Below, piece by piece: positions 18,541 to 27,511 of a DNA stretch of 64,000 bases (its first letter is position 1; every line of letters begins with the position of its first letter). Source of the DNA: Candidatus Poribacteria bacterium (lineage in GTDB: Bacteria > Poribacteria > WGA-4E > WGA-3G); contig OZ243935.1 in assembly GCA_965214045.1 (NCBI GenBank), positions 2,794,904 to 2,858,903 of the forward strand, given 5' to 3'. The translations under genes were made by a program, and so were the position numbers. The notes below the pieces were generated by a model. The model was not told the origin of the DNA. It made no database searches and was given only the letters and a program-made list of their open reading frames with translations.

Positions 18541-21500
18541 TTACTTCAATATTACCATCTTGCGCATCAACGACATCGCGTCGGTTTCCAACTGGTAGAA
18601 ATAAATTCCGCTCGCAACCTGTTCGCCGAGCGCATTCCGACCGTCCCAATACGCCGCACGATCCCGACCCACGTAGTAGCCAGCTGACTGATGACCCAAC
18701 TGCAACGTCCGGATCACAGCACCTTGGGCGTTGTATATCGTGAGACGCACATCGGTATCTGTCGCCAACTCGTAGGGAATCCACGTCTCGGGGTTGAACG
18801 GATTCGGATAGTTCGCCAGCAACTGCGTCTGCTCTGGACGTGCCGTCGCGATGAGCTGCTGCAGGTAAATCAGCGTCCGCATCGCCGCAGGGGACCGATC
18901 CCCCGTCGCAATCAACAGATCGATCTGTTCTTGGAGAACATCTACCTGCACGGCACTCAACTGCATGCCAAGAACCGTCGGCGCACTCGCGGCACCCTCG
19001 TCACGGTTATCGAAAACGAGGAGGAGATCCAGGAAGTTGACCGTGCCGTCGTTGTTGACATCGTATTTCGCGTTGCTCGTTCCCATCGCCTCTGAGACTA
19101 AACCTGCGTCCATGTTATCCACAGTGCCGTCGCCATTAACATCGTATTTTGCGTTATCAGCGGTCGTCGTCGTTGTGGTTGTCGTTGTCGCCGCAGGTGC
19201 CGCGATGCTGTTGCTCAGCACCATGTCACCCGGACTCCCTAACCCGTCAACGACATTCGAGACACCAGACCCGTCAACCGACGAACTCTGGATCCTGCCA
19301 CGCGAGTTCGTCCAGAACAACTTGCCACGCGAACTATCGAGACCGATACCGATCGGCACCGCAAAGATCGAAGCGACATCCGTGATACCGCTACCGTTGA
19401 GATTCGCAGACTTGATCCGACCGCCATTTTCACCCGTCTCTTCCGTCCAGTAGACTTTACCGCCACCGATCACGAGACTCCCCGCAGCATCGGCACCATT
19501 GGAGATATTACGCACCTGTTTTTGACCCTTGAGACTCGCAAACCCGATGCCACCGTTGCTATGCGTCCAATACACATTACCCCCCGCAAGTCCGATATCC
19601 AGGGGACTCGTCAGGTTCTGGAGAACGTTTTCGACGCGTCCGGAACCATCAGCGTTCAGGCTCTGGATTCTGCCCCGTGAGTTCGTCCAGTAGAGGAGAT
19701 TCGCGGTGGTGTCGACGGTAATCCCCATCGGGACCGCCATGATGGCTTTGAGTTCCTTGATGCCGGTGCCGTCGAGATGTGCGCTGTTGATCGTGCCAGC
19801 ACTGTCACCCGTTTTCTCCGTCCAATAGACCGTATCGCCACCGATCGCGAGGCTCAGCGCGTTATCCACAGTCGGTGCGAACCGTTGCACGTCTGTATCC
19901 ACGAGTGCGTAAATCGCGCCATTGTCTACCCAGAGCATCGGTGGACGTTTCGCGGCTGCGGTATGCACAACCGGGCTGATCGTGTCGGAGCCTGTGTCGG
20001 TATCGCGTGTCGTCGGGGTCGCAGCACCACCACTCGCTGTGATCGTAAACGTAACGCGCCGCGTCACACCGCTCGCTTCCGCTTCAACCGTGCTACTTGC
20101 GCTGATCGGGGTATACGGTGCGCGTGCATAGCCGTTAGTATCGGTTTGGAGCGCGATCGCACGTCCGTTGCCGCGTTCTGAAAGCCGTCCCTGTCCCGTG
20201 CGGACTCTGAAGATAACTCTCGTCTCAGCGACGGCATCCCCGTCATCATCAAGAACTCTGACGAGCAGCGGTGCGTCGAGAGCCGTATTCGCTGTGCCGC
20301 TGCGTGTCGATTGACCGGCGATCTGGAGACTACTCGGTTCACTAACAGTTGGTGTGGTTGTTGTCGGTGTTGTCGGTGTTGTCGGGTCCGGTGTGGTATC
20401 AGTTGTCGTGGTAGTTGTTGCACCCGCGGTGAATGTAACCTGCCGGGACGTATACCCCGTGGCACTGACCGTCAAGATATAGGTGCCCGTGGCGGGAACT
20501 GAGACGATTGCCCGACCGCTCCCGGTCGTCAATATCTCACCGCTACCGACGCGAACGCCGCCACGGGTCACTGTAAACGCTACGGTGCGACTCGGCGCAG
20601 AACTTGCCCTTACGAGAATCTGTTGCTGGAGACCTGTCTGGGCACCGTCTTTAGAGACAGTGAGCGTGCCGAGTGCCTGTGGTGCTTCGACAGTCACAGA
20701 AATCTGTCTATCGGTATATCCACTCGCACTGACAGTGAGAATATAATTGGCTGCTGTCCTCGGAAGCGTAATCGTCCGAACCGTGCCGGAACCCGAGACC
20801 GCGCCACCTGCCGATGTGAAACCGGAACTGCCTTGGACCCGAACTGTTGCGGTGCCTGCCCCGACGGTAATATCCTGTGCGGAACCAGGCGCGCCACTGA
20901 GACTCGTTGACGAAACCGAAATGGTGTTGGTTGGCGGTGGTGTGTCGTCCTCATTACCACTACCGCCACTGCCTGCGTTTCCACTGCGATCGCTTCCAGT
21001 ATAGGTAAAGGATATCTCTGCGCCTTTCTTATTCGGATCCTGACCGGAAACAGTAGCTCTCACGACGCTGACACCTTTGTTACTGAGAAATACTCGCGCA
21101 ACTTTGGATCTTGCGAGGAACTTACCGGGGGGAGTTTCGGCCCCATCCGATGTTCTTTCAAATACAGTTCCAGGACCTGAAATAACTTCATATTGAATCA
21201 GAACAGTGTCCGAAGTATCGGTCCCTGTCAGATCAAAAAAATGATCTATCCGATAAGGTTCTGTTCCATGATATTTATCATCGTCTGGAGCATCAATACC
21301 CGTAACATTCTTATTCTCGTCCACGACATAAAGCGTAAACTCAATATAAGCTCGTTGCGAAGGAACTGTAGTCCACGGTGTGTCTTCTAAAGGGGTAGCA
21401 TCTGTGATTCTGACCTTATACGTTCCTGTTGTATCAGCCCCACCTGGAGTACATACTAAAGTGACCGACCTTGGAAGACCGTTAGGGTCAATTATAGGAT

Positions 21501-22257
21501 CTTCCTTTAGGTCTGTAATGGGGGTCTGGAAACTTGAAGCCTTCAGTTTGAAGGTCATCGCAGAGTCTGCCGAACCATCCTTGTTAACACTAATCGTGAT
21601 TCGCTCTTGATTGTAATGGTATCGTTTAGCGTCGAGTACGCGGGGTGCAAATTCCTCTTGTTCTATTCTTACTCGACTCCCTGCCTGAGCAGTGACCGGT
21701 CTGACATCATTCTCATCATTAAAATCACCATCTGCGGGGCTACTATTATCTACCCCCTCAACAGCATCTCTGTAGTAGTAAAGGGCAAGTCCGCTATTGT
21801 CGTAAGCATACTTACTGCTATCAGCAAATATGGCTGTGCTGTCTGGGGTTATATAATCACTGCCACGCTTTGCTCGTATAGGAGAAGCGTGACTCGTCGG
21901 AGCACGATCCTGTAAGGCACTGATGGTGGCAGTAGTCTCAGTATTTCGACGATCTACACCGTTCTTTGATGTGACAAGATACCCTTGGGCATCAATTCGC
22001 CGTGCCTCACCAGTTGTACCATCATCAATTAGCTTGTTATCACTGTTCCTGATAGGCGTGGTATTCGACCGAGTTCCGACAGTAAATGATATCTCAAACG
22101 GCCCGTCTGTTGCTGATTTCGTCTGGAGATCGCCAGATGTCTTCCTTAAAGGTAAGTGTTCTGCTTCTGCAACACCCTGCACACCCAACGCCAATACAAA
22201 TGCCATCAGCAGTCCGATATATCCCTTCCGTGTCAAAAATTGTGTCTTCACAATCAT
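18541..22257 (-). CDS. Giant secreted multidomain surface protein: Ig-like (Big) repeats, T/P-rich linker, YWTD-type beta-propeller repeats, two dockerin-type Ca-binding repeats, T9SS/FlgD-Ig-type C-terminal sorting domain
   Basis: 1238 aa. Signal peptide. Repeated ~90-aa Ig-like units (TGTYILTVSATGYTSRQVTF). Repeated (K/N)(V/L)YWT(D/E/N) blades. AKYDVNGDGTVDNMD and AKYDVNNDGTVNFLD. C-terminus LANYPNPFNPETWIPYEL...IYFYQLE. Confidence 0.7.
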   Translation of the reverse strand: MIVKTQFLTRKGYIGLLMAFVLALGVQGVAEAEHLPLRKTSGDLQTKSATDGPFEISFTVGTRSNTTPIRNSDNKLIDDGTTGEARRIDAQGYLVTSKNGVDRRNTETTATISALQDRAPTSHASPIRAKRGSDYITPDSTAIFADSSKYAYDNSGLALYYYRDAVEGVDNSSPADGDFNDENDVRPVTAQAGSRVRIEQEEFAPRVLDAKRYHYNQERITISVNKDGSADSAMTFKLKASSFQTPITDLKEDPIIDPNGLPRSVTLVCTPGGADTTGTYKVRITDATPLEDTPWTTVPSQRAYIEFTLYVVDENKNVTGIDAPDDDKYHGTEPYRIDHFFDLTGTDTSDTVLIQYEVISGPGTVFERTSDGAETPPGKFLARSKVARVFLSNKGVSVVRATVSGQDPNKKGAEISFTYTGSDRSGNAGSGGSGNEDDTPPPTNTISVSSTSLSGAPGSAQDITVGAGTATVRVQGSSGFTSAGGAVSGSGTVRTITLPRTAANYILTVSASGYTDRQISVTVEAPQALGTLTVSKDGAQTGLQQQILVRASSAPSRTVAFTVTRGGVRVGSGEILTTGSGRAIVSVPATGTYILTVSATGYTSRQVTFTAGATTTTTTDTTPDPTTPTTPTTTTPTVSEPSSLQIAGQSTRSGTANTALDAPLLVRVLDDDGDAVAETRVIFRVRTGQGRLSERGNGRAIALQTDTNGYARAPYTPISASSTVEAEASGVTRRVTFTITASGGAATPTTRDTDTGSDTISPVVHTAAAKRPPMLWVDNGAIYALVDTDVQRFAPTVDNALSLAIGGDTVYWTEKTGDSAGTINSAHLDGTGIKELKAIMAVPMGITVDTTANLLYWTNSRGRIQSLNADGSGRVENVLQNLTSPLDIGLAGGNVYWTHSNGGIGFASLKGQKQVRNISNGADAAGSLVIGGGKVYWTEETGENGGRIKSANLNGSGITDVASIFAVPIGIGLDSSRGKLFWTNSRGRIQSSSVDGSGVSNVVDGLGSPGDMVLSNSIAAPAATTTTTTTTTADNAKYDVNGDGTVDNMDAGLVSEAMGTSNAKYDVNNDGTVNFLDLLLVFDNRDEGAASAPTVLGMQLSAVQVDVLQEQIDLLIATGDRSPAAMRTLIYLQQLIATARPEQTQLLANYPNPFNPETWIPYELATDTDVRLTIYNAQGAVIRTLQLGHQSAGYYVGRDRAAYWDGRNALGEQVASGIYFYQLETDAMSLMRKMVILK

Positions 22258-22403
22258 ATCTCCTCTTTGATCTGTGGTATTCAGTTGTTGTCTGTTCTAA
22301 CGTGTGTTACTTGACAGCATCACTTGGCATCAACCTGTCTCAAAGGTTTGGATAGGACTCGGAGTAGATCACCCCGAGTTGAGACCCTATCCGCCAAGTA
22401 TCA

Positions 22404-22443
22404 TGAAAACAAAAAAGGCGATGAAGTTCCCTCCACCGCCTTT
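22404..22443 (-). terminator. Rho-independent terminator downstream of the lamin-tail-domain protein gene
   Basis: Minus strand: AAGGCGGTGGAGGGAACTTCATCGCCTT hairpin followed by TTTTTTGTTTTC. Confidence 0.5.
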
Positions 22444-22502
22444 CTTGCTGGTTAAGGTTAGTTCAAACAAATTTTATCCCTGAAATAACCTCTTTGTTGC
22501 TA

Positions 22503-25500
22503 CTACTCATTGGACGTTTTGAGTTCACCCCACGTGGCGGTGAGTTTGCCAGCAGCACCGATATGCCCTCTGAGGCGTGTGCCGTGGGTCAGCGTCTGAC
22601 GATTCCCATCGAGGGACACGTCTTCAATTTGGTAGTAGTATACGACATTGGGTTGCGCAGTGCTATCCGTGTAGGTATAGAACTGCTTCTCTGATGTTGT
22701 GCCAGCACCGGCGACCATTGTGGCATTGATGACTTGGAACTGTCCGTCGCGTTGCTGTGAACGCTTGATGAAGAATCCAGCGTTGTTCAGCTCTGACTGT
22801 GTGGACCAGGTAATCACCACTTGACCGGTCTCTGCGTTGCGCACCGGACGGAAGTGTGAGAGTTCAACGGGGAGTGCGCCACCGGCTCTGAAGCCCGGTG
22901 TACCGACATCGTTCATCGCACCGTAGTAACTGCTCGCCCGGACGTGTGTCGCTTGTGCGAAACTCGTATCGGAGGCGAGTGCCCAACTCTCCATCATTGC
23001 GCCGTCTTCTGGCTCCGCAGGACCGATAGAGACCGGAATGTGTCTACGGATAATAGAACTCCGTCCACCTTCATCACTCATCGGCAATGCCCAAGTAGCA
23101 GCACCATCAGCACCGAGGTTGCCTGCCATATCCGTGGCGGCTGTGTGAGCTGCCATGGCTTTCAAGTCAGACGCTTTCGCTGCGGCTTTCTGTGCTGCCG
23201 TTGCGGTTGCGGCGACGACTGTTGCCTTCGGAGCGGGGGGTGCGAGGACGATTTCAAACGCCATATCACTCAAGAGCGAGTAGCGGCGTTTCGTCACACC
23301 TGCGAGAATCAGTTCCGTCTGACCGGCTTGCCAGAGATTCAGAACCTGACCGCTCGCCGCAGGGACGTTATTCCGACCGATTTCCGTGACAACGAGGAGC
23401 GTTGACGGCGACTCATTCTGAGCACTCGGCATAATCTTCGTGCCTTCGGGGATCGTGAACATGATAGACGCACCGACAGAAACATCAGCATCTGCGACTG
23501 CGTTATTCACGGTCAACGTCCATCCGGAGAGATTGACCTCTTCCGTGCGGGAACCGTTGGAAATCTCAATCCACTGTGGCAGTGTGCCACCACCTGCGAA
23601 CATCACTTCACTGACATAGATAGCACCGACTGCTGGGACCATGACAGACGTATCCGCGGCTTTTGCGGCTGCGGCTGCATCTGCAGCGGCTTTCGCTTTT
23701 GCGGCGGCTTCCATCGCTGCCATTTCAGCAGGAGTCGTCTGATGGGCGGCTCCTGGTGTTCCGACACGGATACCTTGGATACCTAACTTGAAGTTGGCAC
23801 CCGGCGGCGTAGACGCCGTCCAACTCGAAGCCATTGTGCCGTCCGCGTATGCGCTTGTCGTCGCATCCATCACACGGCGCATCGAGACAATCGGCGTAAC
23901 AGGACCTGGAGCAACAGTGATCTCAATGTCTTCTTTTACTTCGAGAGGCGTGCCACTCGTCCCGCTTTGACCTTTACCCAGGATAGACCAATAAACATCC
24001 CTTGCGACTGCTGGGGCTGTGCCACCCGCAGCGACTGCGGCTGCAGCTATTGATGCTGCTGATGTTTTCGTACCGACACGGTCCTGGAGAACACCATCGG
24101 TATAGGACGCAGGCGGTGTCTCATTCGCGGCATAGAACCACAACTTCCATTTATTTTCACCAACAGCGATGGCGGTCGCAGTGCTATTCGCGATCTCTAT
24201 CCATTGACTCTTGGTAACAGGATTCAGACTCGAATCCGTGCCCCACATAATCTCACTGATATGGGCACTGCCTGCCGCCGTGCCATCATAAGAAACGAGA
24301 TCAATCGTCCCATTATTCAGAAGGAACGACTCTAAGTTCGGAACACTTCCAGAACCTCTGACATTGAATAACAATTGCGCATCTGACTGCTTGGCAGCGA
24401 TGTTCTCATCGTCTTTTTCATGAGAGGCGTTGATACCCGACCCAGCTTTATCTCTCGTCAGCAAGTAATAGCCATTCGCAGGAATCATCGCAGCTTCTTC
24501 GTGCCGTAAGGAAAGCGGAGTTCCGGCTGGTTTCGCTGCTGCTGCTGCTGCTGGATTGTTGGTCTTGACCATCAGAACATCTCTGCCTGCGACGAGAGCA
24601 CTGTCAGCCGCCCGAATATACATTTCTTGAGCACTACCAGCAGGAGGTTTCTCCATACCCGCAAAATCCGTGACTTTGATGGTAACATCCTTGGCACCTT
24701 CTGCCTTTGTTTTCAGAGTGACGAGATAGAGATGGACCATACCATCTCGCCAACTCGGAACACTCGCTTCCATCTCAATTCCGGCCTGGTTCGCATCCTG
24801 GGTTCTGTTAATAACCATTGGTGGCGTTACTGGCGATGCTAACTTAACAACCGAAGCAACAGTTGCGTTATCTCCAACGTCAATGAGGTCTTTGACAGCC
24901 TCTTTCGGTTTTTCGCTCAACAGCACATGAACCATAAATTCAGCGGAAGTGACCTCTGCGTAGGGTTCACCAACCCTTGCGATCTTCAAAACATCTGGTA
25001 GCAATGTGGGAGGGGTATTTTCAGCACCTGGATTTGCTGGATATAGATTAATAGTCGCCTTTAATTCGTTGCTCTTCTTATCCTTCAGTCTAATCGTGTC
25101 AGTAGCACCAATAGCCTTATCGGCTATGAACAACTCTAGAGAAGTTGTGCCTGCGTCGATAGTGTTAGGTGCAAACGTAAGGCTAACCATCTTAGTTTTA
25201 GAACCATCAACAGTAGGGGCCAATTTCTCAATGAATCCATTTTCACCATAAGCATTGACCGTAATTTCATCCGTAACCGTCACTGCCTCGGCGAAGTTGA
25301 GCGTCAACTCAAGTTCTGCCGTTGCATCGAACTCAAGTTGCAAGCCATCGGCATTGCCTATATCATTCATCATGTCAAGTGACACGCCGAAGTCCCCCGC
25401 TATTGCGGAAGGGGCGACAAAAGCCAAAGCAAGTATAGTGATTAAACTCATTAACGAAACTGTCATTTTCTTCGACAACATTCGTTTAATCTCCTTGTTC

Positions 25501-25526
25501 TTATGTGGAATAAAATTTTGAAACAT
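22503..25526 (-). CDS. Large secreted protein with two lamin-tail-domain-like (LTD) modules and a C-terminal beta-sandwich domain ending ...KLTATWGELKTSNE
   Basis: 1007 aa. Signal peptide. LTD-like blocks AHISEIMWG...QWIEIANST and IYVSEVMFAGGGTLPQWIEISNGSRTEEVNLSGWTL. C-terminal LPVELSHF...VITWSTQSELNNAGFFIKRS module. Confidence 0.55.
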   Translation of the reverse strand: MFQNFIPHKNKEIKRMLSKKMTVSLMSLITILALAFVAPSAIAGDFGVSLDMMNDIGNADGLQLEFDATAELELTLNFAEAVTVTDEITVNAYGENGFIEKLAPTVDGSKTKMVSLTFAPNTIDAGTTSLELFIADKAIGATDTIRLKDKKSNELKATINLYPANPGAENTPPTLLPDVLKIARVGEPYAEVTSAEFMVHVLLSEKPKEAVKDLIDVGDNATVASVVKLASPVTPPMVINRTQDANQAGIEMEASVPSWRDGMVHLYLVTLKTKAEGAKDVTIKVTDFAGMEKPPAGSAQEMYIRAADSALVAGRDVLMVKTNNPAAAAAAKPAGTPLSLRHEEAAMIPANGYYLLTRDKAGSGINASHEKDDENIAAKQSDAQLLFNVRGSGSVPNLESFLLNNGTIDLVSYDGTAAGSAHISEIMWGTDSSLNPVTKSQWIEIANSTATAIAVGENKWKLWFYAANETPPASYTDGVLQDRVGTKTSAASIAAAAVAAGGTAPAVARDVYWSILGKGQSGTSGTPLEVKEDIEITVAPGPVTPIVSMRRVMDATTSAYADGTMASSWTASTPPGANFKLGIQGIRVGTPGAAHQTTPAEMAAMEAAAKAKAAADAAAAAKAADTSVMVPAVGAIYVSEVMFAGGGTLPQWIEISNGSRTEEVNLSGWTLTVNNAVADADVSVGASIMFTIPEGTKIMPSAQNESPSTLLVVTEIGRNNVPAASGQVLNLWQAGQTELILAGVTKRRYSLLSDMAFEIVLAPPAPKATVVAATATAAQKAAAKASDLKAMAAHTAATDMAGNLGADGAATWALPMSDEGGRSSIIRRHIPVSIGPAEPEDGAMMESWALASDTSFAQATHVRASSYYGAMNDVGTPGFRAGGALPVELSHFRPVRNAETGQVVITWSTQSELNNAGFFIKRSQQRDGQFQVINATMVAGAGTTSEKQFYTYTDSTAQPNVVYYYQIEDVSLDGNRQTLTHGTRLRGHIGAAGKLTATWGELKTSNE

Positions 25527-25931
25527 AAACCTAAAACCTGTAAGAGTTGTTAGTTCTTAACCGATGCCTAACACCTCTTCTGAAATGAAGAACGGATCCA
25601 GGGATTGTAAATCCATTCACATTTGAACTTAACCTTTTATACCTTTTGTTAATTTCGGCAGAAGATCGGTCAGATTTTAAGGCATCCGCAGGAGTCAGAA
25701 ATGTCGCGAGCGGGAGATATACCTTAATATATACAGGATTTACGCAAAATTACAGAATTACGCGTACCACCACGCGGAGGGCGCGGTTTGATGAAAGGCC
25801 CCCACCAGGGAATTACGTAAGTCTTATAGATGGAGCGGCAGGAAGTGTTGAAGTTTCAATGAATATTAGGAGTCCTGATGTAGAAGGATTTCGCGTTTTT
25901 TGGTGAGTTATACATTTTTTTGTATTTTAAT

Positions 25932-25960
25932 TTGACAAAATGCGTTAAAAAGTGTATAAT
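25932..25960 (+). promoter_or_regulatory. Consensus sigma70 promoter, copy 1 (TTGACA-17 bp-TATAAT)
   Basis: TTGACA at 25932-25937, 17-bp spacer, TATAAT at 25955-25960. Confidence 0.55.
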
Positions 25961-26053
25961 TAATAAAATAAAGGGTTGAAACGCGAGTTTTTCACAATTT
26001 TCACTGTAAATTTCGCGTTTTTTGGTGAGTTATACATTTTTTTGTATTTTAAT

Positions 26054-26082
26054 TTGACAAAATGCGTTAAAGAGTGTATAAT
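26054..26082 (+). promoter_or_regulatory. Consensus sigma70 promoter, copy 2 (TTGACA-17 bp-TATAAT), proximal to the small HTH gene
   Basis: TTGACA at 26054-26059, TATAAT at 26077-26082. AAGGA RBS 9 nt before the ATG at 26141. Confidence 0.6.
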
Positions 26083-26140
26083 TAATAGCATAAAGGGTTG
26101 AAGCGCGATGTTTTTCACACAATTACGTAAGGAATGCACG

Positions 26141-26434
26141 ATGCGCCGCTTAAACACAAAGACGATTTTGACTGCCTGTGAGATGTCCTTCAACGGGAAA
26201 CCTGACCATGAAATAGCGGCTGATTTAGGTGCCTCTGTTTCAGCAGTCTCCCGGTGGCGGAAGCATGAGATATGGCAAGAGTTTGAGAAAGAGCTCATAT
26301 CGACACATAAGCAGTCGTTGTTAGAAGCGCATCGGTCAACAACCCTTGAAGAGAGCACACCTTCAGGTGTGCGAAACATGCAAAAGGTATATTTTGTTAG
26401 GTTCGGCAGTCCCTTCCCTCTCTTGGCTGCGTAA
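26141..26434 (+). CDS. Small helix-turn-helix protein (terminase-small-subunit / HTH_23-like N-terminus)
   Basis: 97 aa from the ATG at 26141 (the track ORF starts at 26108). ILTACEMSFNGKPDHEIAADLGASVSAVSRWRK is a typical HTH. Good RBS. Confidence 0.4.
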   Translation: MRRLNTKTILTACEMSFNGKPDHEIAADLGASVSAVSRWRKHEIWQEFEKELISTHKQSLLEAHRSTTLEESTPSGVRNMQKVYFVRFGSPFPLLAA

Positions 26435-26742
26435 ATTTTTCGCTCTTTCCTTTTTCAACGGGGCCTCACCCCTGATTCCCCTAATTTTCCCAAATATCCG
26501 CGTTCTCTACGATTCTGACAATCACCAAAATATTTATAGTAAAACCCACGATTAAGTTTACACGCTGTAATGTGCCGACCGTAGGTTTTCATTAGAAATT
26601 GCGTAAGTCCTATCTAAAACGCGTTTGCGTAAATCTATTGAATATGCCATAATAGATGTATTTTATTACCTATCCCCCGTCAAAGCCCCATGCTTTAGCT
26701 TGCGGGATGTAGACGGCGTTTAGGGGTGTCGTAAAAATAAAC

Positions 26743-26772
26743 TTGACAAAAACTCTAAAAATCCGGTATAAT
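26743..26772 (+). promoter_or_regulatory. Near-consensus sigma70 promoter (TTGACA-18 bp-TATAAT) with no convincing ORF downstream
   Basis: TTGACA at 26743-26748, TATAAT at 26767-26772. Downstream are paired stems (GGATAGG...CCTATCC, AACGG...CCGTT). Confidence 0.5.
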
Positions 26773-27102
26773 TATATTAATCGTTGGATAGGAAAGCAAG
26801 CACCTGCAAACCTTGCGGGTGTCCTATCCGCCTACTTGCTTGGGTTGAACGATGAACGGTTATTCCCGTTAATACCACATTCGGATTATACATTTTGGGT
26901 TATGATCCCCAGTTCGTTTCGTGATGAGTTCTGCCTCGCTTTATAGGATTGTGGCGGTGTTCCCTCCACAACTGCGAAAATGTCAGAACACTATAGAATC
27001 AAAGTATCGGTATATCTTAGGGAGTTTATCAAGATATTCCGTAGTCGGACGTTGGCTGGTCCCACAATCCTTTTGCAGATTGTGTCACCCGAGAAGTTTC
27101 TA

Positions 27103-27145
27103 TTCACGAAAAAAGCCCGATGAAACTTCACAAAAATCGGGGAGC
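27103..27145 (-). terminator. Rho-independent terminator on the minus strand (CCCCGAT-loop-ATCGGG followed by CTTTTTTC)
   Basis: Read on the minus strand the hairpin is followed by a T6 run. It lies 370 bp downstream of the PhyH paralog, or it ends an unannotated minus-strand sRNA. Confidence 0.45.
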
Positions 27146-27511
27146 GTGCTATAAGCCGTAAAAGTGTACCCACCGACTGAAACAGGATCGGCAGTTGAAG
27201 AAACCCCCTTGCTTCAGCTGGGGGAGCAGTCATGTGATGTCTTCAGCGGTAAGGTTGAATGAAGATTAAAGAATCAGATAATCGACGGCAATAAATGGTT
27301 TCCCTACTACGAACAGTTCGCTTGTAGTAGTACTATTTATAGCATGTAGACTTACGCACGATGCTCTTTTGTAGCGCAAACTGTTAGTTTGCGTCTCTGC
27401 GCGTATTACTTTTTTAGGGGTTCGTAATCTAACAGATCGGATTACGCTCAAAACTGCGGAAGTCCTGTTCTTATTGTAAAATCTCATCTACCAATTAGGG
27501 GATAAAATTCC

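Larger units (their letters stand above)
25888..26107. repeat. ~122-bp tandem direct duplication (98-bp repeated core, 24-bp unique linker), each copy carrying a perfect sigma70 promoter
   Basis: Copy 1 at 25888-25985 and copy 2 at 26010-26107 are near-identical (2-3 mismatches). Confidence 0.8.

Noticed and set aside
18691-22355. Numerous 60-160-aa ORFs on the plus strand (e.g. 18965..19453, 19777..20181, 20747..21004, 21607..22270)
   Set aside because: They are antisense to, and fully inside, the 1238-aa high-GC surface-protein gene. This is typical GC-driven spurious ORFs, with no RBS or motifs.
22944-25521. Plus-strand ORFs inside 22503..25526 (e.g. 22944..23405, 25006..25251, 25255..25521)
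   Set aside because: Antisense to the long LTD protein gene. They have low-complexity translations.
25646-25906. 86-aa ORF upstream of the duplicated promoter
   Set aside because: No RBS. Its 3' end runs into repeat copy 1. The composition is non-protein-like. The region is better explained as regulatory DNA.
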